Part shown: piece after piece, positions 1-9,040 of the stretch
Numbering within the stretch: position 1 is the first letter of the stretch
Layout: the number at the start of each line of letters is the position of its first letter
Assembly: GCA_963814375.1 (NCBI GenBank)
Contig: CAWFCQ010000008.1
Coordinates: forward strand, 160,001-224,000
From: an uncultured Chloroflexia bacterium
GTDB lineage: Bacteria; Chloroflexota; Limnocylindria; QHBO01
Length of the DNA: 64,000 nucleotides
Direction of reading: 5' to 3'
Translations under genes and position numbers: made by a program
The notes under the pieces: generated by a model
The model's database searches: none
Told to the model about the DNA's origin: nothing
The model's input: the letters and a program-made list of their open reading frames with translations, nothing else

Positions 1-327
1 CATGACCAAGCCGAGGATGATCGCGGCCAGGGAGGCAAAGAGGCCCGCGCCGACCGTCGCCGTCCAGGCCCGCGTGACGCCGAGCTGCGTCGCACCGGTG
101 AGGGCGGCTCCCGCCGCAATGGCCACGGCGACCGCATAGGTCGCCGGATGCGCGCTGCTCGCGTCGGTAGGGGGCGCAACGACGAACCAGCCCAGCGCGA
201 CGGCTGGGCCGGCAAGCATGCCGAGCGCGGCGATCCACGTCAGCGGTCGGGTCCAGTCCTCGGGGTCCTCGGGCGGGACGACCTCACCGAGGCGCACGCT
301 GATCGGGACGTTGTCCTCGTCGCTCAC
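1..327 (-). CDS. hypothetical membrane protein, 3' end truncated by window edge
   Basis: GTG at 327-325 overlaps the upstream stop (GTGA). Frame open to position 1: VSDEDNVPISVRLGEVVPPEDPEDWTRPLTWIAALGMLAGPAVALGWFVV..., with several hydrophobic helices. Confidence 0.7.
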   Translation of the reverse strand, partial: MSDEDNVPISVRLGEVVPPEDPEDWTRPLTWIAALGMLAGPAVALGWFVVAPPTDASSAHPATYAVAVAIAAGAALTGATQLGVTRAWTATVGAGLFASLAAIILGLVM

Positions 328-1589
328 GCCGCCGCGATGTCGTGCGCGGCGACCGCGGACACGAGGCGCAGGCCGAGGATGCGCCCCGCGAGCTCCCGGA
401 CCGCCGCGCCCGCCCGAGCCGCCGTGGCCGGATCGTCCGCGTCGATCGCAAGGCGTGCGAGGGCCTCGAGCTCAGTCAGCGCCCGCGGCGTGTCGAGGTC
501 GTCGTCGAGCGCGGCCAGGAACGCCTCGCGATGCCTCGCGATCGTCCGGTCGACATCGTCCGCCCGGCTCGGCTGGCCGTCAGCGCCGAGATCTTCGGCC
601 CGCGCGGCCCGGGCGAGGAGCGCGACGGCATCGGCCGAGCGGTCGAGGTCCGCCGGGCGGAAGTGCACCTCCGACCGATAGTGATGGCTGAGCAGGTAGT
701 GGCGGATCGCGTCGCCACCGTGCGTCGCGAGCAGGTCGCGGACGAGCACGAGGTTGCCGAGTGACTTGCTCATCTTGGCGTCGTCGAAGTGCAGCATCCC
801 GGCGTGCATCCACCACGCCACGAATGGCCGCTCGCCGGTGGCGCCCTCCGCTTGGGCGCGCTCCGACTCGTGATGGGGGAACAGCAGGTCCGCGCCGCCG
901 CCGTGGATCTCGAACCGGCTGCCGAGATAGGCCATCGACATCGCCGAGCACTCGATGTGCCACCCGGGGCGGCCGGGACCCCATGGCGACTCCCAGGCCG
1001 GCTCATCGGGGAGCGAACGCTGCCACAGCACGAAGTCGAGCGGCTGGCGCTTGCCGGGCATGTCCGGCACGTTGCCGCGCTCGTTGGCGATCGGCAGCAT
1101 CGCATCGCGAGGGATGCCAGACAGCTCGCCGTACGAGGGGTCGGAATCGACCGAGAAGTAGACGTTCCCCTCGGCCTGGTAGGCGAGGCCATTGTCGAGG
1201 AGCCGCGCGATCAGCTCCTGCATCTGCGGGACGTGCTGGGTGGCACGCGGATAGTGGTCGGGCGGAAGCCAGTTCAGGGCGGCCATCTCGGCCAGGAACG
1301 TCTCAACCCATCGGTTGCCCAGCGCGAGATAGTCCTCGCCCGACTCGCGCGCCTTGCGCAGCATGTCGTCGTCGACGTCGGTCAGGTTCTGAACGTAGGC
1401 GACGTCGTGGCCCAGGTACTCGAGATACCGATGCAGCAGGTCGAAGCTGACATAGGTGAAGGCATGACCGAGGTGCCCGGTGTCGTACGGCGTCACTCCG
1501 CAGACGTAGAGGCCCACTCGGTCGCGGCCGGGGATCGGCTCGAAGGCGTGCAGCGCGCGACGGCGAGCATCGTAGAGGCGGAGGGTCAC
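324..1589 (-). CDS. cysteinyl-tRNA synthetase-family ligase lacking the anticodon-binding domain (MshC-like cysteine ligase)
   Basis: CGVTPYDTGHLGH (HIGH), GRPGWHIEC, FPHHE and KMSKS motifs. ERGNVPDMPGK resembles the MshC ERGGDP motif. Ends after the DDDLDTP helical region (~421 aa). GTG start 7 nt after TAGAAT. Confidence 0.85.
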   Translation of the reverse strand: MTLRLYDARRRALHAFEPIPGRDRVGLYVCGVTPYDTGHLGHAFTYVSFDLLHRYLEYLGHDVAYVQNLTDVDDDMLRKARESGEDYLALGNRWVETFLAEMAALNWLPPDHYPRATQHVPQMQELIARLLDNGLAYQAEGNVYFSVDSDPSYGELSGIPRDAMLPIANERGNVPDMPGKRQPLDFVLWQRSLPDEPAWESPWGPGRPGWHIECSAMSMAYLGSRFEIHGGGADLLFPHHESERAQAEGATGERPFVAWWMHAGMLHFDDAKMSKSLGNLVLVRDLLATHGGDAIRHYLLSHHYRSEVHFRPADLDRSADAVALLARAARAEDLGADGQPSRADDVDRTIARHREAFLAALDDDLDTPRALTELEALARLAIDADDPATAARAGAAVRELAGRILGLRLVSAVAAHDIAAA

Positions 1590-1705
1590 GCTGCGGATTC
1601 TAAAGCGGATCGGCTCGACGCTCGTCGGGGGCACTTGGCGCTGGACGCGACCGATAGAATCTGCGACCGACGGTGTCTGCTGCCTCGCACGTTACGGAGC
1701 CGAGC

Positions 1706-1810
1706 ATGGAAGTACTGCGGTGGTTGCTCTTCTTCGCGATCGCGATGTTCCTGATCGTGGCCGGAATCTTCTTCGTCCTCGGCCGTCCGCTGCCGATCCC
1801 GAACTTCTAG
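1706..1810 (+). CDS. small single-pass membrane protein (34 aa)
   Basis: MEVLRWLLFFAIAMFLIVAGIFFVLGRPLPIPNF*. GGAG SD, TAGAAT at 1655-1660, GC3-rich codons. Below the ORF-track cutoff. Confidence 0.65.
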   Translation: MEVLRWLLFFAIAMFLIVAGIFFVLGRPLPIPNF

Positions 1811-1814
1811 CCCG

Positions 1815-2264
1815 TCACCACAGGTCGGGCTTCGTGCTCATCAGGAAGCCGATGACCCCGATCACGCCAGCCATGCCGTAGGCCACGTAGCGCTGCTGGT
1901 GGGCACGCCGCCGCCACGTCGCCTCATCGGCGCCGGAGTCGCGCATGCCGATGAGCCGTCTCAGGTTCGGGCGGCTGATGACGGCGGCGACGACGAGGTT
2001 GATCGCGTACAGCGTCAGCGCGACCAGCAGCCACGGCTCGGTGAGCAGCTCAGGCCCCAGGATCCACAGCATCGCGCCGCCGGTGATCGCCAGGCCGGCC
2101 GCGATGACGAGCGTGCCGGTGCCCTGCATCGCCATCAGGAACCGTGTGAACCGGCCGGGCTCGCCACCGCTGCGCCGCAGCACGAAGGGAAGCAGGACGC
2201 TGGGCAGGAGCAGCGCCACCGCCAGCGCGATGTGGGTGATGAGGAGGACGGGGAACCAGTTCAT
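1815..2264 (-). CDS. DUF2269-like integral membrane protein
   Basis: Four TM segments, N-terminal LITHI, ITGG...PWL, C-terminal FLMSTKP. Confidence 0.7.
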   Translation of the reverse strand: MNWFPVLLITHIALAVALLLPSVLLPFVLRRSGGEPGRFTRFLMAMQGTGTLVIAAGLAITGGAMLWILGPELLTEPWLLVALTLYAINLVVAAVISRPNLRRLIGMRDSGADEATWRRRAHQQRYVAYGMAGVIGVIGFLMSTKPDLW

Positions 2265-2314
2265 CGACTGGTCCCGATGCTAGCGCACCGCCTGTCGGGC
2301 CGCGGGACGCTCAG

Positions 2315-2662
2315 TCAGCGGCCCTTGGTGAAGGTGGTGTGGACGCCGGCCCGGCGCAGGAGCGTCGGGATGTTGACCGCCCAGCCGACGCCGAGCGGGC
2401 GTGCGGTGAACACCTTCGGCGAGTGCGGGTTCCAGTACGCCTGCCGGAGGCCCTCCACGGTAGGCAGCCGGAAGTCGTACGGCACGGTCCCGAGGAGCTT
2501 GCCATGCCACGTACGTTCGGCAGACGGCTTGCTCAGCTCGGTGTAGAGCGCTCCGGCCACCGCCGCGACCAGGCTCATCTTCAACAGCCACATGAACGCG
2601 CCGAACTCGCCGCGGGCGGTGTCGGCGCGGCGCGAGATGTCTGTGCGGACGTCGTCGATCAT
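2315..2662 (-). CDS. DUF5808-like small membrane protein
   Basis: AAGGAGG SD before ATG 2662. One TM segment, then VPYDFRLPT...YWNP...VFTARPLGVGWAVN. Confidence 0.7.
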   Translation of the reverse strand: MIDDVRTDISRRADTARGEFGAFMWLLKMSLVAAVAGALYTELSKPSAERTWHGKLLGTVPYDFRLPTVEGLRQAYWNPHSPKVFTARPLGVGWAVNIPTLLRRAGVHTTFTKGR

Positions 2663-2687
2663 GGGTCCTCCTTGGCGGTGCTGCCTC

Positions 2688-2702
2688 GCAAGCGGCGTGC
2701 CG
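2688..2702 (-). promoter_or_regulatory. candidate sigma-54 -24/-12 promoter
   Basis: Minus strand CGGCACG-CCGC-TTGC (GG-N10-GC). Predicted TSS ~2676, just upstream of the SD at 2673-2667. Confidence 0.5.
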
Positions 2703-2783
2703 CGTGGCATCATGGGCGGGCCGATCCGCCACGCACGTACCTTACCGCGCGGCGGCCCCGTCGAACGAGCGATCTGCCGAACG

Positions 2784-3752
2784 ATGACGAGCGCGCTGCC
2801 CTTCCTCGACGCCGACGCCATTCGCGCGGCGGTGCCGGTCGAAGAGCTGCTCGACGCCGTCGAGCGCGCCTATCGCGACGTTGCCGAGGGCCGCGACCGG
2901 TCACCGCTCCGCTCTCGCGTCGAGCTTCCCGGAGGCGATCTGCTGCTCATGCCCGGCGTTCGCGCCGGGGGATCGGGATCGACGGTCAAGCTCGTGACGG
3001 TCGTGCCGGCGAACGCGGAGCGCGGGCTCCCGACGATCCAGGCACTCGTGATCTGGTTCGACGCCGAGACCGGCCGACCGCTGGCCATCCTTGATGGCGA
3101 GACCGTGACCGCGATGCGGACGGGCGCCGCATCCGGCGTCGCGACCCGGCTCCTGGCGCGTCGGGACGCCGCGACGCTGGGAGTGATCGGGGCCGGCGGC
3201 CAGGCGGAGTGGCAGGTGCGCGCGGTCGCCGCGGCACGTCCCATCCGGCGGGTGATGGTCTATGCGCGATCGCCGGTCGCCCGACGCGCCTTCGCACGGC
3301 AGATCGCCGACGCGCTGGGCATCGAGGCAACGGTCGTGGGCAGCGCCGAAGAGGCGGTCGCCACCGCCGACGTCGTGTGCTGCGCCACCACCTCCACCAC
3401 ACCGGTGTTCGATGCCGATGCGATCCGGCCGGGCACGCACGTGAACGGCATCGGCGCTTTTCGGATCGGCATGGTCGAGATCCCGCCCGAGCTGTTCGGA
3501 CGGGCCGATCTCGTCGCCGTGGACTCCCGTGCCGCCGCTCGCGCCGAGGCAGGCGACCTGGTCGCCGCGATCGAGCGTGGGCTACTTGCGGAAGCGGACC
3601 TGGTGGAGCTCGGAGAGGTCGCCCCGGCCTGGGCGTCCGAACGCAGGCCCGAGGCGGTCACCGTCTTCAAGTCGGTCGGGCTGGCCATCCAGGACGTCGC
3701 CGCGGCGGAGATCATCGCCGATCGCCTGCTCCGAACCGAGGACGGCGGCTGA
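2784..3752 (+). CDS. ornithine cyclodeaminase/mu-crystallin family protein
   Basis: LLMPG, VKLVTV, TAMRTGAASGVA, GAGGQA Rossmann motif, FKSVGLAIQD. Confidence 0.92.
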   Translation: MTSALPFLDADAIRAAVPVEELLDAVERAYRDVAEGRDRSPLRSRVELPGGDLLLMPGVRAGGSGSTVKLVTVVPANAERGLPTIQALVIWFDAETGRPLAILDGETVTAMRTGAASGVATRLLARRDAATLGVIGAGGQAEWQVRAVAAARPIRRVMVYARSPVARRAFARQIADALGIEATVVGSAEEAVATADVVCCATTSTTPVFDADAIRPGTHVNGIGAFRIGMVEIPPELFGRADLVAVDSRAAARAEAGDLVAAIERGLLAEADLVELGEVAPAWASERRPEAVTVFKSVGLAIQDVAAAEIIADRLLRTEDGG

Positions 3753-3759
3753 CAGGCCC

Positions 3760-4866
3760 TCAGCCAGGCTCGCCAGCAGCCGGTCGACCAGGCCGCGCAG
3801 TGCGGATCCACTCGGGCGTCACGACGGGTCCCGACACCCATCCAGCCGGTGCACTGGCATCACGGGCCCGCTCGGCGTCGGTGAAGCGCTCGAAGGCCAC
3901 GACGCGGTGCGTCGGATCGAGATCGGCGACAACGGGCGCCGCCACCGGCGCGGGCGCGGCCACCACCGGGGCGGCGGGGGCATCGGCGACCGTGACGACC
4001 ACCGGCTCGGGGTTCGCGGGTGGCGGAGGCGGCGGGGCGGCGATGCCGGCTTGGCCTCCACCGGGTTGTTCCGTCGTCGTCGGTGCGGGCGTCGGCGTGG
4101 GCTGAACCGTGGGTACCGGCGTTGGCGCCGGTGTCGGGGCCGGCGCCGTCGAGGGCGGCGGGACGGCCGGGGTCGGCTGAGCCGTCGGCACCGGTGTGGG
4201 CGTGGGCCGCGGTGTCGGCGCGGGTGTCGGCGGCGGGGCCGGCGGCGGCGCGGCGCTCACCACCACGCCGGCGTAGTAGATGCCCAGGATCTGGGCGGCG
4301 CTCTTGCCTGCGAGCCCGCACGACTGCGTGCCCCACTGGTACATGCGCCAGCCGTTCGCGTTGGCGCCGCACGGCTCGCTCGGAGCGCCGGCGTTGTAGT
4401 ACGTCGCGAAGATGCGGCCCCCCTTGAGGGCCAGCGTCGTCCAGGTGGCGTCCACCGCCGAAGCCATTGAGGCGTAGGTCGGGCGAGACGGGTCGTAGTG
4501 CTGGTCGCGGGTCGAGTCGAAGACATCGAAGCAGGCGCCCGAAGCGTTGACATAGCCGCGCCAGTGGAGGACCTGGTACCAGGCGTAGTTCTTGACGGCC
4601 AGGGCGCCCGACCTCAGCGACTCGGTCGTCCACGAGCTGATCCACTCTCGGCTCAGGACGTTCTTGGTGTAGGCGCGGAAGTCGACCGTCTCGACGGCGC
4701 CGGTTGCCGTTCGGAATACACGAATCGTTGGCGGGGGCACGGTCTCGGACCGATACGTCCCGCACGCTCCGGCCGCGGCCGCGCGCGACGGCGACGTCAT
4801 CGGCGCGATGGCGACGACCGCCACGATGATGACGAGCGCGCTCGTCAGGGTCTCTCGTCGGTGCAT
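3760..4866 (-). CDS. secreted SpoIID/LytB-domain protein with Pro/Thr-rich tail
   Basis: Signal peptide; YTKNVLSREW...ESLRSGALAVKNY...DSTRDQHY...AVDAT; MYQWG...AQILGIYY; followed by PT/PA repeats. Confidence 0.75.
   Translation of the reverse strand: MHRRETLTSALVIIVAVVAIAPMTSPSRAAAAGACGTYRSETVPPPTIRVFRTATGAVETVDFRAYTKNVLSREWISSWTTESLRSGALAVKNYAWYQVLHWRGYVNASGACFDVFDSTRDQHYDPSRPTYASMASAVDATWTTLALKGGRIFATYYNAGAPSEPCGANANGWRMYQWGTQSCGLAGKSAAQILGIYYAGVVVSAAPPPAPPPTPAPTPRPTPTPVPTAQPTPAVPPPSTAPAPTPAPTPVPTVQPTPTPAPTTTEQPGGGQAGIAAPPPPPPANPEPVVVTVADAPAAPVVAAPAPVAAPVVADLDPTHRVVAFERFTDAERARDASAPAGWVSGPVVTPEWIRTARPGRPAAGEPG
4080..4255 (-). repeat. low-complexity Pro-Thr/Pro-Ala coding repeats (linker)
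   Basis: PPPAPPPTPAPTPRPTPTPVPTAQPTP...PAPTPAPTPVPTVQPTPTPAP inside the SpoIID ORF. Confidence 0.7.
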
Positions 4867-4931
4867 TGAACAAGCACCGTATCGGTCCCCCAACCGCACC
4901 ACACCCCACCGAAAGTACCGGGTTCGGCGGG

Positions 4932-5817
4932 TCAGTCAGCCCAGCGGTGTACCCGTTCGCGGACCGTGTCGAAGCCCAGCTCGTCGCATAGACCGATGAA
5001 CGCGGCGCGCGGCACCCCGTGCCACTCGAGGTCCTCGAGCGACCGGGTCGTAGTCACCGAGGTCGGCCTCTCGGTTGAGCGTGGCGAGGGTCCGAAACAG
5101 GATCGCGTCGTCTCGTCGCTCGGCGAGCGTCGAGGCCAGGCGGGACGCGTTGCGGATGTCCACGCCCCAGTCGAGCACCGATGGCGGAATGTCGTCGATG
5201 TGCCCGAACTTGGCCAGCACCGCCGCAGCACTCTTGGCACCCCATCCGGGAAGGCCCGGATAGCCATCGCTGCTGTCGCCGACGAGCGCAAGGTAGTCGG
5301 CGATCGAGCCGGGGGAGACGCCGAACTTGGCGATGACGCCGGGCTCGTCGTAGGTGATGTTCCGCATCCGGTCACGCAGGACGATGCGCTCGGCGTCGAC
5401 GAGCTGAGAGAGGTCCTTGTCGACGGAGCAGATCACGGTCTGCTCGAGGCGCGGATCGGCCGAGAAGCGTTCAACGGCGGTGGCGATCGCATCATCGGCC
5501 TCGTCGGGAACCATGGGCCACACCCGCATGCCGAGGGCGAACAGCGCGCGCTCCGCGTCGCGGAACTGGGCAAGAAGGGCCGGGTCGATGCCGGCGCTCG
5601 ACTTGTAGCCCGGATAGAGGTCGTTCCGCCACGATTCGATGACGTAGTCGGTGGCCGCGCCGATGTGGGTGAGGTCCGGCTCGCGCAGCAGCGACAGCAT
5701 GGAGTCGATCAGGCCCTGGACCGCGTTCACCGGCCTGCCATCGGGCGCGCGACGCGGCGGTCGCGAGTAGTAGGCGCGGAACAGCTCGAAGGTGGCGTCT
5801 ACGAGGTGGAGCTTCAT
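4932..5817 (-). CDS. 5'-3' exonuclease (PolA N-terminal/FEN-like); frameshift near 5045
   Basis: LVDATFELFRAYYS, RNDLYPGYK, EADDAIAT, SVDKDL, LVGDSSDGYPGLPGWGAKSA. The plausible C-terminus SLEDLEWHGVP...RVHRWAD is in another frame ending at 4932. Confidence 0.88.
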
Positions 5818-6005
5818 CGGTCTGCTCGATGGTAGCGGTAAGCGGCTGGTAATCAGGCTTGTGGAAGATGGAGCGCCGGACGCGCGGCGTGAAGGAGCGT
5901 GCCCTGCTTCGCCGGGTCGGACTCCCATCGTGCCCGGCACTCACCCGCGCGTCCCTCCGCGCACGGGTTGACACGTCCCGGACGATGGATGTGGAGGACT
6001 TTCCC

Positions 6006-7232
6006 ATGCAAACACGCTTCTTCCATCGCGCTGCCGTATTGGCGGCCATCGCCCTCTTCATATTCGTCGCCCCAGCCGCGGCCGGTGACTTCCGCGGCGG
6101 CCAGACCGCCACCGTGGCGGAGGGCGAGACGATCGACGACGACCTCTACGTGGGCGCCGGCACGGTCACGATCGCCGGCACGGTGAACGGCGACGCCACC
6201 ATCGGTGCCGGGACCGTCACGCTCACCGGCACGGTGACCGGATCGCTGAACGTCGCCGGCGGGAGCATCGACGTGCTCGGCGACGTCGAGGGTGCGGTCC
6301 GCGTCTCCGGCGGCACGGTACGCGTCGCGGGAACGGTCGGTCGGGACGTCGTCACCTTCGCGGGGACGACCACGATCCAGGCCGGCGCCGAGGTCGACGG
6401 CGACGTCGCGGGCGCCGGAGGCTCGGTCTCGATCGGGGGCTCGGTCGGCGGCGACGTCCTCGTTGGCGCCGGCACGCTCGAGATCACGGGCGCCGTCGAG
6501 GGCTCAGTGGACACACAGGTCGGCGATCTCGTCATCGGCCCGGAGGCGACGATCGGAGGCGACGTCACCTACACCTCGACTCGAGAGGCCCGGATCGCCG
6601 ACGGCGCGACGATCGAAGGCTCGGTCACGCAGAACGAGCCGGCCGAGGGCACGGACGGTGGAGGCCAATCGGTCATCAGCGACAACCCGGTGGTGAGCTA
6701 CCTCGGCATCCTTCTCGGATTGCTCTTGCTCGGCTTCGGGTTGCTGCTGGTGCGATCACGGCTGGCGCTGGGCAGCGCCGACGCGCTCCGGACGGCCGCG
6801 CTTCCCTCGCTGGGCTGGGGACTCGTGGCCTGCATCGGCCAGTTCCTGCTCGTGATCTTCCTCGTGATCGCGGCCGTTCTCTTCGCGCTGCTGGCCGGGT
6901 CGCTTGGCGGCGCATTCGGGGTTGCCGCGGTCATCGTGTCCATGCTCATCGTCATCCTGGTCTTCCTCTCGGCCGTGCCGGTGGCCATGGCGGTCGGACA
7001 GCTGGTCCTGACGCGGTCCGGATCGCCGTATCTGCAGTACCTGGTCGGCGCGGCGATCGTGGCCCTCGTGCTGGTGGCCAGCGGATTCGTGCCCGTCCTT
7101 GGCGGAATTGCCTTCCTGCTCCTGTGGATCCTGGGCCTCGGCGCCTTCGTCATCTATCTGTGGCGGACGCGTGACGAGCCGACGATCGACACGACGCCAC
7201 CGCCGGCCCCGGCGGCGGCACCGGCTGCCTGA
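6006..7232 (+). CDS. polymer-forming cytoskeletal (bactofilin-like beta-helix) membrane protein
   Basis: GGAGGA SD, signal peptide, repeated G-x-V-x-G-D-V beta-helix units, multi-TM C-terminus. Confidence 0.8.
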   Translation: MQTRFFHRAAVLAAIALFIFVAPAAAGDFRGGQTATVAEGETIDDDLYVGAGTVTIAGTVNGDATIGAGTVTLTGTVTGSLNVAGGSIDVLGDVEGAVRVSGGTVRVAGTVGRDVVTFAGTTTIQAGAEVDGDVAGAGGSVSIGGSVGGDVLVGAGTLEITGAVEGSVDTQVGDLVIGPEATIGGDVTYTSTREARIADGATIEGSVTQNEPAEGTDGGGQSVISDNPVVSYLGILLGLLLLGFGLLLVRSRLALGSADALRTAALPSLGWGLVACIGQFLLVIFLVIAAVLFALLAGSLGGAFGVAAVIVSMLIVILVFLSAVPVAMAVGQLVLTRSGSPYLQYLVGAAIVALVLVASGFVPVLGGIAFLLLWILGLGAFVIYLWRTRDEPTIDTTPPPAPAAAPAA

Positions 7233-7241
7233 GGGCGAGCC

Positions 7242-8988
7242 TCAGACGGCGAGCGGCTCGCGGTACTCGCCGTAGACGACGCGCAGGGCGCCGCACATCT
7301 CGCCGATGGTGGCGTACGCCTCCACCGCGGCGACGATGGCCGGCATGAGGTTGACGTCGCCGGCCCGCGCCTCGTCGGTGAGCCGCCGCATGGCGGCCGC
7401 GTGGGCATCGGCATCGCGCTCGGCACGCACCCGTGCGAGCCGATCGAGGTGCCGTCGCTCCTGGACCTCGCTGATCTCGAGCAGCGGAATGCGCACTTCC
7501 TCCTCGGGGTCGGCGAAGCGGGTGACGCCGATGATCTCTCGCTCGTGGGCCTCCAGCTCTCGCTGCTGCTCGTAGGCGGCATCGGCGATTTCGGCCTGCG
7601 GGAATCCGGCCTCCAGCGCCCGGACCATGCCGCCCATCTCGTCGATCTGGGCGATGTAGCGCCACGCGGCCTGCTCGGTCGTGTTCGTGAGCGTCTCGAC
7701 GAAATAGGAGCCGGCCAGCGGATCGACCGTGTTCGCCGCGCCGGACTCCTCGGCGATGACCTGCTGCTGGCGCAGGGCGAGGAGCGCGGCATCCTCCGAC
7801 GGAACGGCCCACGCCTCGTCATACGCATCGGTATGGAGCGACTGGGTGCCGCCGAGGACGCCGGCCAGCGCCTGGATCGCGACGCGCGTCAGGTTGTTCA
7901 GCGGCTGCTGCGCGGTGAGCGAGACGCCGGCGGTCTGGGTGTGGAAGCGCATCCAGGTCGAGCGCTCGTTCTCGGCGCCGAAGCGCTCGCGGCACAGCTT
8001 GTACCAGATGCGACGCGCCGCCCGGAACTTCGCGATCTCCTCGAAGAAGTCGTTGTGGCTGTTGAAGAAGAAGGAGAGGCGGGGAGCGAAGTCGTCGAAG
8101 CGCAGGCCGCGGGAGAGCGCGTCCTCCACGTAGGCGATCCCGTCCGCGATCGTGAAGGCCAGCTCCTGCACGGCGGTCGAGCCGGCCTCGCGGATGTGGT
8201 AGCCGCTGATGCTGATGGTGTTCCAGCGCGGCAGCTCGCGCGTGCCCCACTCGACGGTATCGGTCACGAGCTTGAGGGACGGTGCCGGCGGGAAGATGTA
8301 CTCCTTCTGGGCGATGAACTCCTTGAGGATGTCGTTCTGGAGCGTGCCCGAAAGCTGTGCACGCGGCACGCCGGCCTTCTCGGCGGCCACGATGTACATC
8401 GCCCAGATCATCGCGGCGGGGGAGTTGATCGTCATCGAGGTGCTGATCTCGCCGACCGGCAGGCCGTCGAGCAGGATCTCCATGTCGGCCAGCGAGCTGA
8501 CCGCAACCCCGCAGGTTCCGAACTCGCCCTCGGCCATCGGCTCGTCGTGGTCGTAGCCGTAGAGGGTCGGCATGTCGTACGCGATCGAGAGACCCGTGCC
8601 GCCCTCTCGGATCAGGGTCTTGAAGCGGGCGTTCGTGTCCTCCGCGGTACCGAAGCCGGCGAACATCCGCATCGTCCAAAGGCGACCGCGGTGCCCCGTC
8701 GGATGGATGCCGCGCGTGAATGGCGGCTCGCCGGGCAGTCCGACGTCGTCGATCTCGTCCCAGCCGCCGGCCTCGGGCTCAGGGCGGGCTGAACCGATAG
8801 CGCGGGCGGCCGGCGTCGGGATCATTGGCAGGATCCGCGAGGTCGGCCGGCGTGTAGACGCGATCGATCTCGACGCCGGACTGGGTGATGAAGCGATCTC
8901 TTCGCTCCGGCCCGCGCTCGAGGGACGGCCGGAGGCGCTCAGCCTCCCAGCGTTCGGCGTGCTCGCGCCAGCGCTCGTCGTCGCTCAT
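7242..8988 (-). CDS. icmA: B12-dependent acyl-CoA mutase large subunit, isobutyryl-CoA mutase-like; +1 frameshift near 8782
   Basis: [19 protein letters not shown] (Phe), [14 protein letters not shown] (Gln), [20 protein letters not shown]. No B12-binding domain. N-terminus (ORF 8779-8988, [13 protein letters not shown]) joins if one C is removed from a C run. Confidence 0.85.
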
Positions 8989-9040
8989 CGAGCCGAAGTG
9001 TTGCCGGAAGCGGCGGCTCGGCGCAAGCGGCCGCGGGCGC

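Noticed and set aside
8779-8830. Programmed frameshifting in icmA, hbd or the kinase-aminotransferase
   Set aside because: No slippery heptamers or shared context. The number and spread of breaks fit sequencing indels better.
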